Positions 1 through 9,067 of a stretch of DNA of 64,000 nucleotides are shown in pieces. The translations under genes were made by a program, and so were the position numbers. Origin of the DNA: Terracidiphilus sp. (GTDB lineage Bacteria; Acidobacteriota; Terriglobia; Terriglobales; Acidobacteriaceae); the NCBI GenBank assembly GCA_036267935.1, contig DATAVC010000020.1, positions 5,608 to 69,607 on the forward strand, read 5' to 3'. Below the pieces are notes generated by a model. That model ran no database searches, was not told the DNA's origin, and saw only the letters and a program-made list of their open reading frames with translations. The first letter of the stretch is position 1. Each line of letters opens with the position of its first letter.

Positions 1-1
1 G

Positions 2-856
2 GTGCAGTCGGCGGGGAACGCCAAGACGGAATCCGGCAAGACCAACCAGATTGCCGCGGCGGCGCAGGAGATGACCGCGACGATTGGCGAGATCAGCCAC
101 AACGCGGAGAGTGCCGCAGTGTCGAGCCGTAGTTCGGCAGAGACGGCCGAACAAGGGGGCGCAGTGATGCATGCTGCGTCCACCACGATGGAGAAGATTG
201 CGGCCGCTACGGGCTCGGTCTCAGAGAAGATGACGTCGCTGGCGCAGCGCTCGGAGGAGATCGGGCAGGTGGTGAGTGTGATTCAGGAGATCAGCGAGCA
301 GACCAACCTGCTGGCGTTGAATGCCGCCATCGAAGCGGCGCGCGCCGGGGAGCACGGACGCGGTTTTGCGGTGGTAGCCGGCGAGGTAAGACGGCTGGCG
401 GAGCGTACCAAGACCGCGACCGAGGAGATTGCCGGCACGATCCGCAGTATCCAGGAGGAGACGAGGAGCACGCTCGAAGTGATGCAGGACAGCCGTGCGG
501 CAGTCGAATCGGGCATGGGCGAGACAGCGCGGGCGCGCAAGAGCCTGGAGGACATCATCGAGTCGTCGAAAAATGTGGAGCACCAGATTCAATTGATCGC
601 GACCGCAGCGACCGAACAGGCTGCGGCCTCGGGAGAGATCTCTGAGTCCGCCGGCCAGATCTCGCAGTTGGCCGTTGAAAACACGCAAGGCGCCGAAGAG
701 ACGTCGGAGGGATTGAAGAACCTGACCTCGCTGGCCAACGATCTCCAGGCCATGATTCAACAGTTTCGGCTGGAGGACGGGGGCCAGGGTGGAGGAGCCT
801 TCCGGACCGGTGCGCCGTATGCAGGCACTCTGCGGCGTCAAGCCGTGCAGGCCTGA
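2..856 (+). CDS. methyl-accepting chemotaxis protein, C-terminal signalling domain (5' end outside window)
   Basis: Frame is open to the window edge, stop at 854-856. '[38 protein letters not shown]' is the conserved MCP hairpin-tip signalling motif. Confidence 0.9.
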   Translation: MQSAGNAKTESGKTNQIAAAAQEMTATIGEISHNAESAAVSSRSSAETAEQGGAVMHAASTTMEKIAAATGSVSEKMTSLAQRSEEIGQVVSVIQEISEQTNLLALNAAIEAARAGEHGRGFAVVAGEVRRLAERTKTATEEIAGTIRSIQEETRSTLEVMQDSRAAVESGMGETARARKSLEDIIESSKNVEHQIQLIATAATEQAAASGEISESAGQISQLAVENTQGAEETSEGLKNLTSLANDLQAMIQQFRLEDGGQGGGAFRTGAPYAGTLRRQAVQA

Positions 857-862
857 GGGGCG

Positions 863-2206
863 CTAGACGCGCGTGCATTCGGCGACAGGAATGGCAACCT
901 GTTCGACGATCTCGAGGCCGAAGCCTTCAAGCGCGGGGATATGCATGGGAGTGTTGGAGAGCAGGCGAATGCGCTCGATGCCCAGATCGGAGAGAATCTG
1001 GCCGCCGAGGCCGATGGCGCGGAGAATGCGTCCGGTGCGGGCCTGTGAACCTTCGCGCGCCCGCATCGCCTGATGGAGCACGAGGGGAGGGGTACGGCCC
1101 TCGGCAGCCTGGTCGGGAATCACGGCTCCAGCTGCATTGAAGGCCTCTTCGGTCGCAGGCTCGGGCACCGGGGTGCGGTCGATCTCGAAGCCGCGCGAGG
1201 TGTTGTGGAGGTAGAGGATAACGCCGCAGCCCTCTTCGGCAATCATGCGCATGGATTCGTCGAGGACTTCGCGGCAGTGGCAGTCGGCGGCAAAGACATC
1301 GCCGGCGGTGCAGCGGGTGTGCACGCGCACGAGAACCGGATGCGCGCAGGGAGGACGTGCCGAGCCTTCGCGGGTGGAAGGGCTGGCTGGTGAAGGACTG
1401 GTGGGAGAGCCGCTGGGTCCGTCATGGAAGGCGGGGCAGCCGGGGCAGAGATCGCCGCGCACCAGCGCGATGTGGCTTTCGCCTCCGTTGACTTCGCTCT
1501 CGTAGGCGATCATGCGGAATTCGCCGTGGGCGGTCTGGATGAGGCTTTCGCCGGCGCGCACGATGTAGCGCTCGTGGCGAAGGCGGTAGCGGATGAGTTC
1601 GGCGACCGTAAGGATCTTGAGGCCGTGTTCGCGGCAGAACGGAATCAGGTCGGGGATGCGGGCCATCGTGCCGTCATCCTTCATGATTTCGCACAGAACG
1701 GCGGCAGGTGTGAGGCCGGCCATGCGGGCCAGGTCGACGGAGGCTTCGGTTTGGCCGGCGCGCACCAGCACGCCGCCGCGACGGGCGCGCAGGGGAAAGA
1801 TATGGCCGGGGCGGGCAAGGTCTGCCGGTGTGGATTGGGGGTCGATGGCAGTGCGGATGGTGTGGGCGCGATCGAAGGCCGAGATGCCTGTGGTGACGCC
1901 TTCGCGGGCTTCGATGGATTCGGTAAAGGCGGTGCCGAAGCGCGAGGTGTTTTGCCGGGTCATGGGGAAGAGACGCAGGTAGTCGGCGCGTTCTTCAGTC
2001 AGGGTGAGGCAGATGAGGCCGCGGCCGTGTTTGGCCATGAAGTTGATGGCTTCGGGAGTCGTGTAATCGGCCGCCAGGGTGAGATCGCCCTCGTTCTCGC
2101 GGTCTTCGTCATCGACGACGACGACCATGCGGCCCGCCTGAATGTCGGCGAGGGCGCCGGGGACGTCGGTAAAGGGAGCTTCGAAGCTGCGGGGGCTGTC
2201 TGGCAT
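863..2206 (-). CDS. ribBA: bifunctional 3,4-dihydroxy-2-butanone-4-phosphate synthase / GTP cyclohydrolase II-like protein
   Basis: 447-aa ORF. The N-terminal half has RibB motifs ('[15 protein letters not shown]', 'GHIFPL', '[15 protein letters not shown]'). The C-terminal half keeps the GCHII Cys pattern '[14 protein letters not shown]' but is otherwise divergent and carries a Pro/Ser-rich insert. Confidence 0.85.
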   Translation of the reverse strand: MPDSPRSFEAPFTDVPGALADIQAGRMVVVVDDEDRENEGDLTLAADYTTPEAINFMAKHGRGLICLTLTEERADYLRLFPMTRQNTSRFGTAFTESIEAREGVTTGISAFDRAHTIRTAIDPQSTPADLARPGHIFPLRARRGGVLVRAGQTEASVDLARMAGLTPAAVLCEIMKDDGTMARIPDLIPFCREHGLKILTVAELIRYRLRHERYIVRAGESLIQTAHGEFRMIAYESEVNGGESHIALVRGDLCPGCPAFHDGPSGSPTSPSPASPSTREGSARPPCAHPVLVRVHTRCTAGDVFAADCHCREVLDESMRMIAEEGCGVILYLHNTSRGFEIDRTPVPEPATEEAFNAAGAVIPDQAAEGRTPPLVLHQAMRAREGSQARTGRILRAIGLGGQILSDLGIERIRLLSNTPMHIPALEGFGLEIVEQVAIPVAECTRV

Positions 2207-2330
2207 GGCGCACCTACATTCTGAACGATGGAGGGGGGCGACCGCAAAGGTCTGTGGGTGGAGCAGGGCGGGAGGAGTTCAGAAGGTAATCGGGAGGGAT
2301 GGGCGGAGGGGTTGGGCGGATCGGGGCCAG

Positions 2331-2367
2331 AAAGCAAAAGCGCCGCTCGAGGGCGGCGCTTTGCTTG
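2331..2367 (-). terminator. rho-independent terminator (hairpin readable on both strands) after the 75-aa ORF
   Basis: GCGCCGC-tcgagg-GCGGCGC stem-loop. On the minus strand it is followed by TTTTGCTTT, 14 nt downstream of the stop at 2381. Confidence 0.7.
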
Positions 2368-2380
2368 ACTGACGTAAACT

Positions 2381-2608
2381 CTACAACGTCGACTCAATCT
2401 CAAAGCCCCAGGCTTCAAGGAGGGCCTCAGGGATATACTTTGAGTTCTTATTCCGGCGAGCCCATTCGCGGAGGCGGGTCGACCGGATGTATTGATCCGG
2501 TGTGAGCTTGAACTCCTTTACGATCTGCTCAAAGGAGGTTACGGTAGGCACAACCGGCCCGATGGGTTCCGGCTTGCCCCAATTTGGATTTCCACGACGC
2601 TTTGCCAT
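2381..2608 (-). CDS. small basic hypothetical protein (75 aa)
   Basis: Intact ORF 'MAKRRGNPNWGKPEPIG...' followed by a clean terminator. It lies in a visibly AT-richer patch. I recognise no family. Confidence 0.5.
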   Translation of the reverse strand: MAKRRGNPNWGKPEPIGPVVPTVTSFEQIVKEFKLTPDQYIRSTRLREWARRNKNSKYIPEALLEAWGFEIESTL

Positions 2609-2898
2609 TGTTTTTGCTGTCCTTAAAGAAGGAGTTTCTTGCTTGGACTTCCTCCGACGGTGGCTGGGGATCCCTCTGGGTCGGGAGGAGGACTACATGG
2701 TTTTATTTTACGGATTTTTTCTCCAAAAATCAATAGTAAACCGCTGTTTTTAATGCAATTACGATCCAAGCGTGATTTGCAGCTTCGCAGCTGCCTATCT
2801 CCCTCTCCGGCAAAGAGTTACTTAAGATTGCACAGGCAATTGTGCGTTTCTGAGGCGACGAAAGTTGTGCAAAACTCGCCTCCCGAGATGAGCGAGAG

Positions 2899-3516
2899 AT
2901 GATTACTCCTATGACAACAAACCGGGCCTGGATGACTTTCGCATGTGTCACGGCTCTGGCGCTTTCAAACCTTGTGCCCTGTCGAGCCGTGGAACTGAAG
3001 GTGGGCCGCGAAGCGCTGCAGAGAACTCTGAAACAACAACTGTTTGCCGGTCCGGACGGAAAGTATTTCCTGAAGGGCAATGCGCACTCGTCGTGCTGGG
3101 TTTATGCCGACGATGCCGAGCTGCGTTTTGATCAGGACCGGATCCTGGTGCGCGTGAAGACCCATGCGCGTCTGGGGCAGGCGGTCGGGGGAGCCTGCCT
3201 GGGTTTCTCGCTGGCGCCCACCTCGGAGGTGGCCCTGGAACCCTATGGGGAGGGTGAGACGATCGGCTTCAGGAATGCCGAGGTGATCAAGGTGAGTGAT
3301 CGCCGCGAGCTGAACTTTCTGCTGAGCCCATTTTTGAGCCACCAGGTTCCGTCGAGCATGAAGGTGAATGCCGCGGAGCTGTTGCGCAAGGCGCTGGAGG
3401 GGTCGACCGCCTCGTCGGGCTACAAAGTGACCCTGGAGAAGCTGAAGATTCACTCCGTCCAGATTCAGGGCGATGACCTGGTAGTGGATGCGGATGGCGA
3501 CATCAGCGTGAAGTAG
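2899..3516 (+). CDS. secreted hypothetical protein
   Basis: 205-aa ORF with an N-terminal signal-like segment 'WMTFACVTALALSNLVPCRA'. GAGAG lies just upstream. An alternative ATG is at 2911. Confidence 0.6.
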   Translation: MITPMTTNRAWMTFACVTALALSNLVPCRAVELKVGREALQRTLKQQLFAGPDGKYFLKGNAHSSCWVYADDAELRFDQDRILVRVKTHARLGQAVGGACLGFSLAPTSEVALEPYGEGETIGFRNAEVIKVSDRRELNFLLSPFLSHQVPSSMKVNAAELLRKALEGSTASSGYKVTLEKLKIHSVQIQGDDLVVDADGDISVK

Positions 3517-3671
3517 CCTGCCATGACTGCTGGCGCGCGCCTGAGAAGCGGCACGACGCGGCGCTTTTCGAGGCGCATGGCGAACGAGTTTCGCTGGACG
3601 TGAACGCACGGTGAGGATGGTTGTTGGGATGGGTCCCAATGCCACGGCGAGATGTTAGCGTAGAAACACTT

Positions 3672-5336
3672 ATGACCTCTCCAACCGCCGCAGTTCTCGG
3701 CGAAGTGGGATTGCCGGCGCCTATCCGCGAGATTGCCGCGCAGGCCTGGGACGTGATCATCGTCGGCGCGGGCCACAACGGGTTGGCCTGTGCGACGTAC
3801 CTGGCGAGAGCCGGCCAGCGTGTGCTGGTTCTCGAGAGCCGCGCACGTGTCGGCGGAGCCTGCACCATCGAAGAACCTTTTCCTGGCGTACGCATGTCGC
3901 CCTGCGCGTATCTTGCGGGACTGCTGCATCCGCTGGTGGTGGAAGAGCTGGAGCTGCCCCGTCGAGGGTTTCGGTGGACGCCGGCAGTGAACGGGCTGTT
4001 TGTTCCCTTCCTCGACGGCACGAGCATTCAGCTGTGGGACGATGACGCGCAGTGCGAGGAAGAAGTGCGGAGGCTGAGTCCCGGCGACCTGGACGGCTTT
4101 CGCGCGATGAGCGATGTGGTGCGCCGGCTACGTGATGCGCTGCGGCCTGGTCCCAAGGGTGGAAGCGAGCGTGAGCGAAGCGACCCTGCGACACGTCTGG
4201 GCGTGGCATGGGCACGCGATGCCTGGGTGGGTAGTGCACCGACGCGCGAAGAGATCGAGGAACGTCTCGGGAACGATGACGAGGCGCGTTCGCTGCTGTT
4301 CGACTGGTCGATGGCGGAGTTGGTCGAGCGGTATCTGAAGGACGAGCGGTTGCAGATTGCCTATCTCGGGCAGGGCGTGATTGGCACGAACGCGAGCCCT
4401 TTCGACAAAGGAACGGCGTCGATCCGTTTTCATCATGCTTCAGGGCGACTCGGCGGCATGCCGGGCATGTGGGGTTACGTGCAGGGCGGGATGGGAATGG
4501 TGTCGTTCTTTTTTTGCGATGCCGCGCGCGAGGCGGGAGCGACAGTGGCCGCGGGCGTGCCGGTGGCGCAGATTCTGCCGGGCGAGGGTGTGGTGCTGGA
4601 GGGCGGCGAGAGGATTGGTGCACGGGTCGTGGTGTCGAATGCCGATCCGCGGGTCACGATGCGGCTGTTGGGGGATGCTGTCGATGCAGCATGGCGCACA
4701 CGGGTCGAGCAGATTCCGATGGAGGGATGCACGGTGAAGCTGAATGTGCATCTGCGCGAGCTGCCGAACTTTACGGCGCGGCCTGGAACCGATGAGCCGC
4801 ACCACTACGGGCAGGTGAATGCGCCGCTGACGAAGGAAGAATGGAAGGCGGGTTACGCCGCGGCACGACGGGGCGAACTGCCGGAACATCTCTGGTGCGA
4901 GCTTTATTTCCAGAGCGTTCATGATGGCTCGGTCGCGCCGGAGGGTACGCACACGATGAGCGTGTTTGCCCAGTACGTGCCGTACACGCTGGCGCGCGGG
5001 ACGTGGGACGAGAGGCGGGATGAGGTGCGGAAGCTGGCGCTCAGTTCCCTTGCCCGCTTCTGCAGCAACATTGGCGCGGATGGAGCGGGGAGCGATGCCG
5101 TGCTTGATGCGCAGGTGCTGGGACCACCGGATATCGAGAAGAAAGTGGGACTGACAGGCGGGCACATTTTTCAAGGTGAGTGCTTGCCGGCGTACATGTG
5201 GTCGAACCGGCTGGCGGCGCGGACACCGATGCGTGGGCTTTATTTGTGCGGGGCCTGCACGCATCCCGGCGGAAGCGTGATCGGGATCAACGGAAGAAAT
5301 GCGGCGATGACGGTGCTCAAAGATCTGGGCATGTAG
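3672..5336 (+). CDS. NAD(P)/FAD-dependent oxidoreductase, phytoene-desaturase (CrtI)-like family
   Basis: Dinucleotide-binding motif 'DVIIVGAGHNGLACATYLARAGQRVLVLESRARVGGAC' and the C-terminal 'CGACTHPGGSVIGINGRNAA' typical of this family. Start is uncertain: ORF is open from 3621, ATGs at 3639 and 3672. Confidence 0.85.
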   Translation: MTSPTAAVLGEVGLPAPIREIAAQAWDVIIVGAGHNGLACATYLARAGQRVLVLESRARVGGACTIEEPFPGVRMSPCAYLAGLLHPLVVEELELPRRGFRWTPAVNGLFVPFLDGTSIQLWDDDAQCEEEVRRLSPGDLDGFRAMSDVVRRLRDALRPGPKGGSERERSDPATRLGVAWARDAWVGSAPTREEIEERLGNDDEARSLLFDWSMAELVERYLKDERLQIAYLGQGVIGTNASPFDKGTASIRFHHASGRLGGMPGMWGYVQGGMGMVSFFFCDAAREAGATVAAGVPVAQILPGEGVVLEGGERIGARVVVSNADPRVTMRLLGDAVDAAWRTRVEQIPMEGCTVKLNVHLRELPNFTARPGTDEPHHYGQVNAPLTKEEWKAGYAAARRGELPEHLWCELYFQSVHDGSVAPEGTHTMSVFAQYVPYTLARGTWDERRDEVRKLALSSLARFCSNIGADGAGSDAVLDAQVLGPPDIEKKVGLTGGHIFQGECLPAYMWSNRLAARTPMRGLYLCGACTHPGGSVIGINGRNAAMTVLKDLGM

Positions 5337-5416
5337 TCGCGTGCCTGTGCGAGTGCTGGTCTCGCAGGCGATTGAATGCGAACTGGAGTTGGCGGACGGC
5401 TGCGGCGGGCGCGGGT

Positions 5417-7021
5417 TCAGACGACCGTGCAGGGAGACTCGGACGAGGGTTTATCGCCCAGGGAAACAGGGGCGATGGGACTCCAGGGTTCCACGACGGA
5501 GCGGCACTGGTTTCGGCCGCTTGTCTTGGCCTCGTAGAGGGCGATGTCGGCTCGCTTGAGCAGGGACCTCGCATCGGCGTCGATAAAGTTTTCTTCGGTG
5601 GAGATTCCCACGCTGACAGTGACGACGCGGCTGACGAGGGAATCTTCGTTGGAGAAGTGAATGCCTTCGATCGCTGTCCGGATGCCTTCGGCCACCGTGA
5701 GTGCGCCCTCACGATTGGCTCCCGGAAGGATGACGGAGAATTCCTCTCCACCGTAGCGGGCGACGAGGTCATCGGGCCGCTTGAGATGGGTTGCAATCTC
5801 CGACGCAATGGTGCGCAGACATTCGTCGCCGGTCTGATGGCCGTAGCGGTCGTTCAATGCCTTGAAGCAATCCACATCGATCATCAGCAGGGAGAGCGTC
5901 TGCCGGATGCGGCGGGAGCGATTCCATTCCTGCAGGAGAGATTCGTCGAAGTGACGCCGGTTATAGATTCCGGTGAGGCTATCGCGAATGGACATGGTGA
6001 GAAGCTGGTCGTTGGCCTCGAGCAGGGCCGTGGCGGCCTTGGTGAGTTCCTCTTGTGACCGCGCATATTTGCCATGCAGCAACGCAGCACGGATGCCGTA
6101 CAAGAGCACGACGGTGGCGATGCAGCCGAAGGCGAAGAGCTGATGCCCTGCCGCGACCACGACGCCCATGAGGGCGATGGCGAGGGTGAACAGAATGGGG
6201 CTGAGGTTGTCGATGAGCAGGTCAAGGGTCTGCTTCTTTTTAGGCGCGACCGCCGGAGTGGCATCTTCTTCTCCGCGAAACGCGAGCAGGCCGAGGAGGA
6301 CGAGGTAGGGCAGGCCCCACGCCGTGTCCTGTACGCCGTCGGGCAGCGTGAGCCGGAGTTCGAGATAGCCGTTGATGAGCGCGACGAAGGCGTAGGTCCA
6401 GAGGTAGGCGGCGAGGTTTTCGTAGAAGCGCCGTTTTCTGGGGACCGGATTGGCGAGGAGGCGCAGCGAGACGGCTCCCGCGAGAATGAAGTTCTCGAAG
6501 TTGTAGAGGTACATCAACTGCGTTGCGGAGATGGGAATGCGACCGCCGAACGCGGGCAACGCAGAAAAGATCTGGACGTAGGTGAGGGTCGCGGCGATGG
6601 TGGCCTGCGCGGCATCGAGCCACAGCAGAGACCGCAGCCCTTCTTCGTTGCTGCCCGAGCAGACCGCGAGCAGGATGGGAATGCCGTAGGCGAAGAAGAG
6701 GAAGTCAGGATTGATGGCGGTGGTCTGCGTGTTGTTGCCGGTGGACAGCTCGTAGTAGGTGGCGAAGAACTGGCCTGCCGCGGAAAGGAGAAACGCGAAG
6801 CCGAGAAGAAGCCAGAGTTTTCTGGCATCGGCCGATCGCGCAGCGGCACAAATGCATCCGGCCATTGCCATGGCGGCCATCGCGGCGATGAGGACGTTGG
6901 AAAGAAGGGGTTTCTGTGGCGCGAGGATCAGGCTGATTGCCTGCAGCGCGAGGGATCCGGAGCAGGCGAAAAACAGGAAACGAAAGCCGCGTTTTCTGAA
7001 GTCCAATTTGAGAGCCTGCAT
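5417..7021 (-). CDS. membrane-anchored diguanylate cyclase (GGDEF domain)
   Basis: N-terminal half is multi-pass hydrophobic. C-terminal 'RDSLTGIYNRRHFDE...DVDCFKALNDRYGHQTGDECL...RYGGEEFSVILPG' is a canonical GGDEF domain (GGEEF active site). Confidence 0.9.
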   Translation of the reverse strand: MQALKLDFRKRGFRFLFFACSGSLALQAISLILAPQKPLLSNVLIAAMAAMAMAGCICAAARSADARKLWLLLGFAFLLSAAGQFFATYYELSTGNNTQTTAINPDFLFFAYGIPILLAVCSGSNEEGLRSLLWLDAAQATIAATLTYVQIFSALPAFGGRIPISATQLMYLYNFENFILAGAVSLRLLANPVPRKRRFYENLAAYLWTYAFVALINGYLELRLTLPDGVQDTAWGLPYLVLLGLLAFRGEEDATPAVAPKKKQTLDLLIDNLSPILFTLAIALMGVVVAAGHQLFAFGCIATVVLLYGIRAALLHGKYARSQEELTKAATALLEANDQLLTMSIRDSLTGIYNRRHFDESLLQEWNRSRRIRQTLSLLMIDVDCFKALNDRYGHQTGDECLRTIASEIATHLKRPDDLVARYGGEEFSVILPGANREGALTVAEGIRTAIEGIHFSNEDSLVSRVVTVSVGISTEENFIDADARSLLKRADIALYEAKTSGRNQCRSVVEPWSPIAPVSLGDKPSSESPCTVV

Positions 7022-7541
7022 CCCTGTTCTACCTACATCCTTCTGTTGGTCGCCGGCTGTTGCCGTGCATACCCAAGAAACAACCTGTGTCCTGTCGCGC
7101 CATCGCTCTGCGAAACCTTCTCAGAACTTCGATGCGGCCCGTGCAAGTTCCGCGGCGAGGTCTGCGGGGTGGTGCGAGCCCCGCTCTCGGTTGCACGAGA
7201 GAATCTCAGGGGAAGCCTGGCATTTCGCATAGGCGACTTGCCGGAAAAGGGGCTAAAGTCAATCTTCTCTCAAACTTCGTCCGAATCTCCATGGCTGAGT
7301 CGGCGCTGCAAAACCTTAAGTAATGACACTTTCCTACCCAATCGCCGAGAGGCAAGTGCAAGCCTCGGTCGGCGCAGATTGCATAACTTGAATCAGGCGT
7401 CCGGTTTGCGTGTGCGGTGTCGAAGTTGGCCTTGATGGCTGGGTTGCCGGAGGCGACAAGGGTTCGAGCCGAAGAGCAGATTCACAGGCCGCGAGATTTC
7501 GCGTTGTTCGGCCTTTGCCGCTCTGCTATTCTCCGCCGTAC

Positions 7542-8954
7542 ATGACCCAGCCAGCACCGACACTCAAACGGGGCATTCGCTTCCGCGATCTTGTTCTGTT
7601 CTACGTGGTGAGCGGTTTGAGCGTGCGCTGGGCGGCCACGGCAGCGGCTGCCGGGCCGAGCATTCTGCTGGTGTGGGTTGCGGCGCTGACGTGCTTTTTT
7701 ATTCCCCTGGCCGCGAGCGTGATGGAACTGTCGTCGCGCTTGCCGGACGAGGGCGGCCTGTACGTATGGACACGCGAAGCCTTCGGCGACTTTGCCGGCT
7801 TTGTTGCGGCGTGGACTTACTGGATGAGCAACCTGCCTTACTTCTCCGGCGTGCTTTATTTTGGCGCAGCATCGACGTTGTTTGCGTTTGGGGCGCGCGG
7901 CCAGGCATTGCGCACGAGTCCGCTGTATTACCTGGTCTTCGCGACGGTGTGGCTGGGCGCGATCACACTGCTGAACATTCGCGGCGTGGATGCCGGCAAA
8001 TGGTTGAACAATGTGAGCTCGCTCGGCGGCCTGGTCCCCATGACAGCGCTTTTGCTGCTTGCCGGCGTGTCGTATTGGAAGTTTGGGCCGGTGATGAAGT
8101 ATCCGGTGGCGAGCTTTGCACCGCACTGGACGCTTGAGAATGCGGTGTTCTGGTCCAGCGTGTTTTTCGCGTTCGGCGGCCTGGAATCGGCATCGGCGAT
8201 GGGTGGCGAGATCGAGAATCCGCGGCGGGTGATTCCGTGGGCAATTCTTGTGGGCGGCACGATTCTGGCTTTCGCGTATATCGGCGGCACGGGAGCCTTG
8301 TTGACGGCGCTACCTCCCGATGCCGTGGGCGGACCGGACGGATTTGTGAACGGAATTCGCGCGCTGAGTTCGCGGGTGGGGGCGGAATGGTTGCTCGCTC
8401 CGATCGCGTTGCTGGTGGGACTGAATGCCGTGGGAGGCGCTGCGGCGTATTTGTCTTCGACCTCGCGGCTACCGTTTGTTGCGGGCATCGATCATTATTT
8501 GCCGGCGGCGTTTGGAAAGATTCATCCGCGCTATCGCACGCCGTGGGTCGCGATCGGCGTGTACGGACTGGCCGGGATCGTGGTGGCACTGGCAGGCCAG
8601 GCAGGCACGACGGTGCGCGGCGCCTACGATGTGCTGGTGGCGATGGGCATTCTCTCGTTCTTTCTGCCCTACCTGTTTCTGTTTGCGGCGATGATCAAGC
8701 TGCAGGGACGCGCGGCAGGACCCGAGGTGAGACGCGTGCCCGGCGGAAAGCGCGTCGCGATTCTGCTGGCGGCCCTGGGATTGGTGAGCACGGCGACGAC
8801 GATCGTGTTGTCGACGTTTCCGGCGAGCGATGACCCCAACAAGCCGTTGGCGGTTGCGAAAGTGCTGGGGGGAACCGCCCTGCTGGTGGGTGCGGGGGTG
8901 GTGGTGTTTGTGATCGAGCGCAGGAAGGCGCGGGTGAGCGCGTCTGTTGGGTAG
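7542..8954 (+). CDS. amino acid permease (APC superfamily)
   Basis: About 470 aa with about 12 hydrophobic segments and an N-terminus 'LKRGIRFRDLVLFYVVSGL' typical of APC permeases. ATG at 7542 chosen; the ORF is open from 7410. Confidence 0.85.
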   Translation: MTQPAPTLKRGIRFRDLVLFYVVSGLSVRWAATAAAAGPSILLVWVAALTCFFIPLAASVMELSSRLPDEGGLYVWTREAFGDFAGFVAAWTYWMSNLPYFSGVLYFGAASTLFAFGARGQALRTSPLYYLVFATVWLGAITLLNIRGVDAGKWLNNVSSLGGLVPMTALLLLAGVSYWKFGPVMKYPVASFAPHWTLENAVFWSSVFFAFGGLESASAMGGEIENPRRVIPWAILVGGTILAFAYIGGTGALLTALPPDAVGGPDGFVNGIRALSSRVGAEWLLAPIALLVGLNAVGGAAAYLSSTSRLPFVAGIDHYLPAAFGKIHPRYRTPWVAIGVYGLAGIVVALAGQAGTTVRGAYDVLVAMGILSFFLPYLFLFAAMIKLQGRAAGPEVRRVPGGKRVAILLAALGLVSTATTIVLSTFPASDDPNKPLAVAKVLGGTALLVGAGVVVFVIERRKARVSASVG

Positions 8955-8966
8955 GCTGCGTCGCTT

Positions 8967-9010
8967 CCCACCCTTTCGGCGAAAGACGCCGCAAGGAGGG
9001 GGCACCCGGC
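8967..9010. repeat. intergenic imperfect hairpin element (REP-like), ends in GGGGGCACCCGGC
   Basis: CCCACCCTT..GGCG-aaaga-CGCC..AAGGAGGGG imperfect stem-loop between two convergent genes. The 13-mer GGGGGCAC(C/G)CGGC recurs at 13123-13135, and CGAAAGACG recurs at 17441-17449. Confidence 0.35.
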
Positions 9011-9067
9011 GTGGTCCTGTTTGATCTGTCGCGAAAAGAAGATCCCCTTCGACTTCGTTCAGGGCGG

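Noticed and set aside
2207-2332. Expected FMN (RFN) riboswitch upstream of ribBA.
   Set aside because: I could not align any of the conserved RFN segments on either strand. The leader is almost G-free on the mRNA strand and so cannot form the multi-helix aptamer. A covariance-model scan would be the decisive check.
6074-7435. Long ORFs antisense to confidently assigned genes: 6074-7435 (+), 10869-12539 (+), 1424-2224 (+), 9398-10339 (+), 20434-21357 (-), 22245-23390 (+), 26322-28109 (-), 33502-35007 (+), 35691-37238 (+), 39187-40299 (+), 42292-43923 (+), 47343-48836 (+), 55405-56625 (-), 59988-61151 (+), 61216-62415 (+), and others.
   Set aside because: Their translations are Arg/Gly/Ala/Pro-rich with no recognisable motifs. 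Each fully overlaps a gene with strong family signatures on the other strand. This is the typical shadow-ORF artefact of high-GC DNA, where stop codons are rare.
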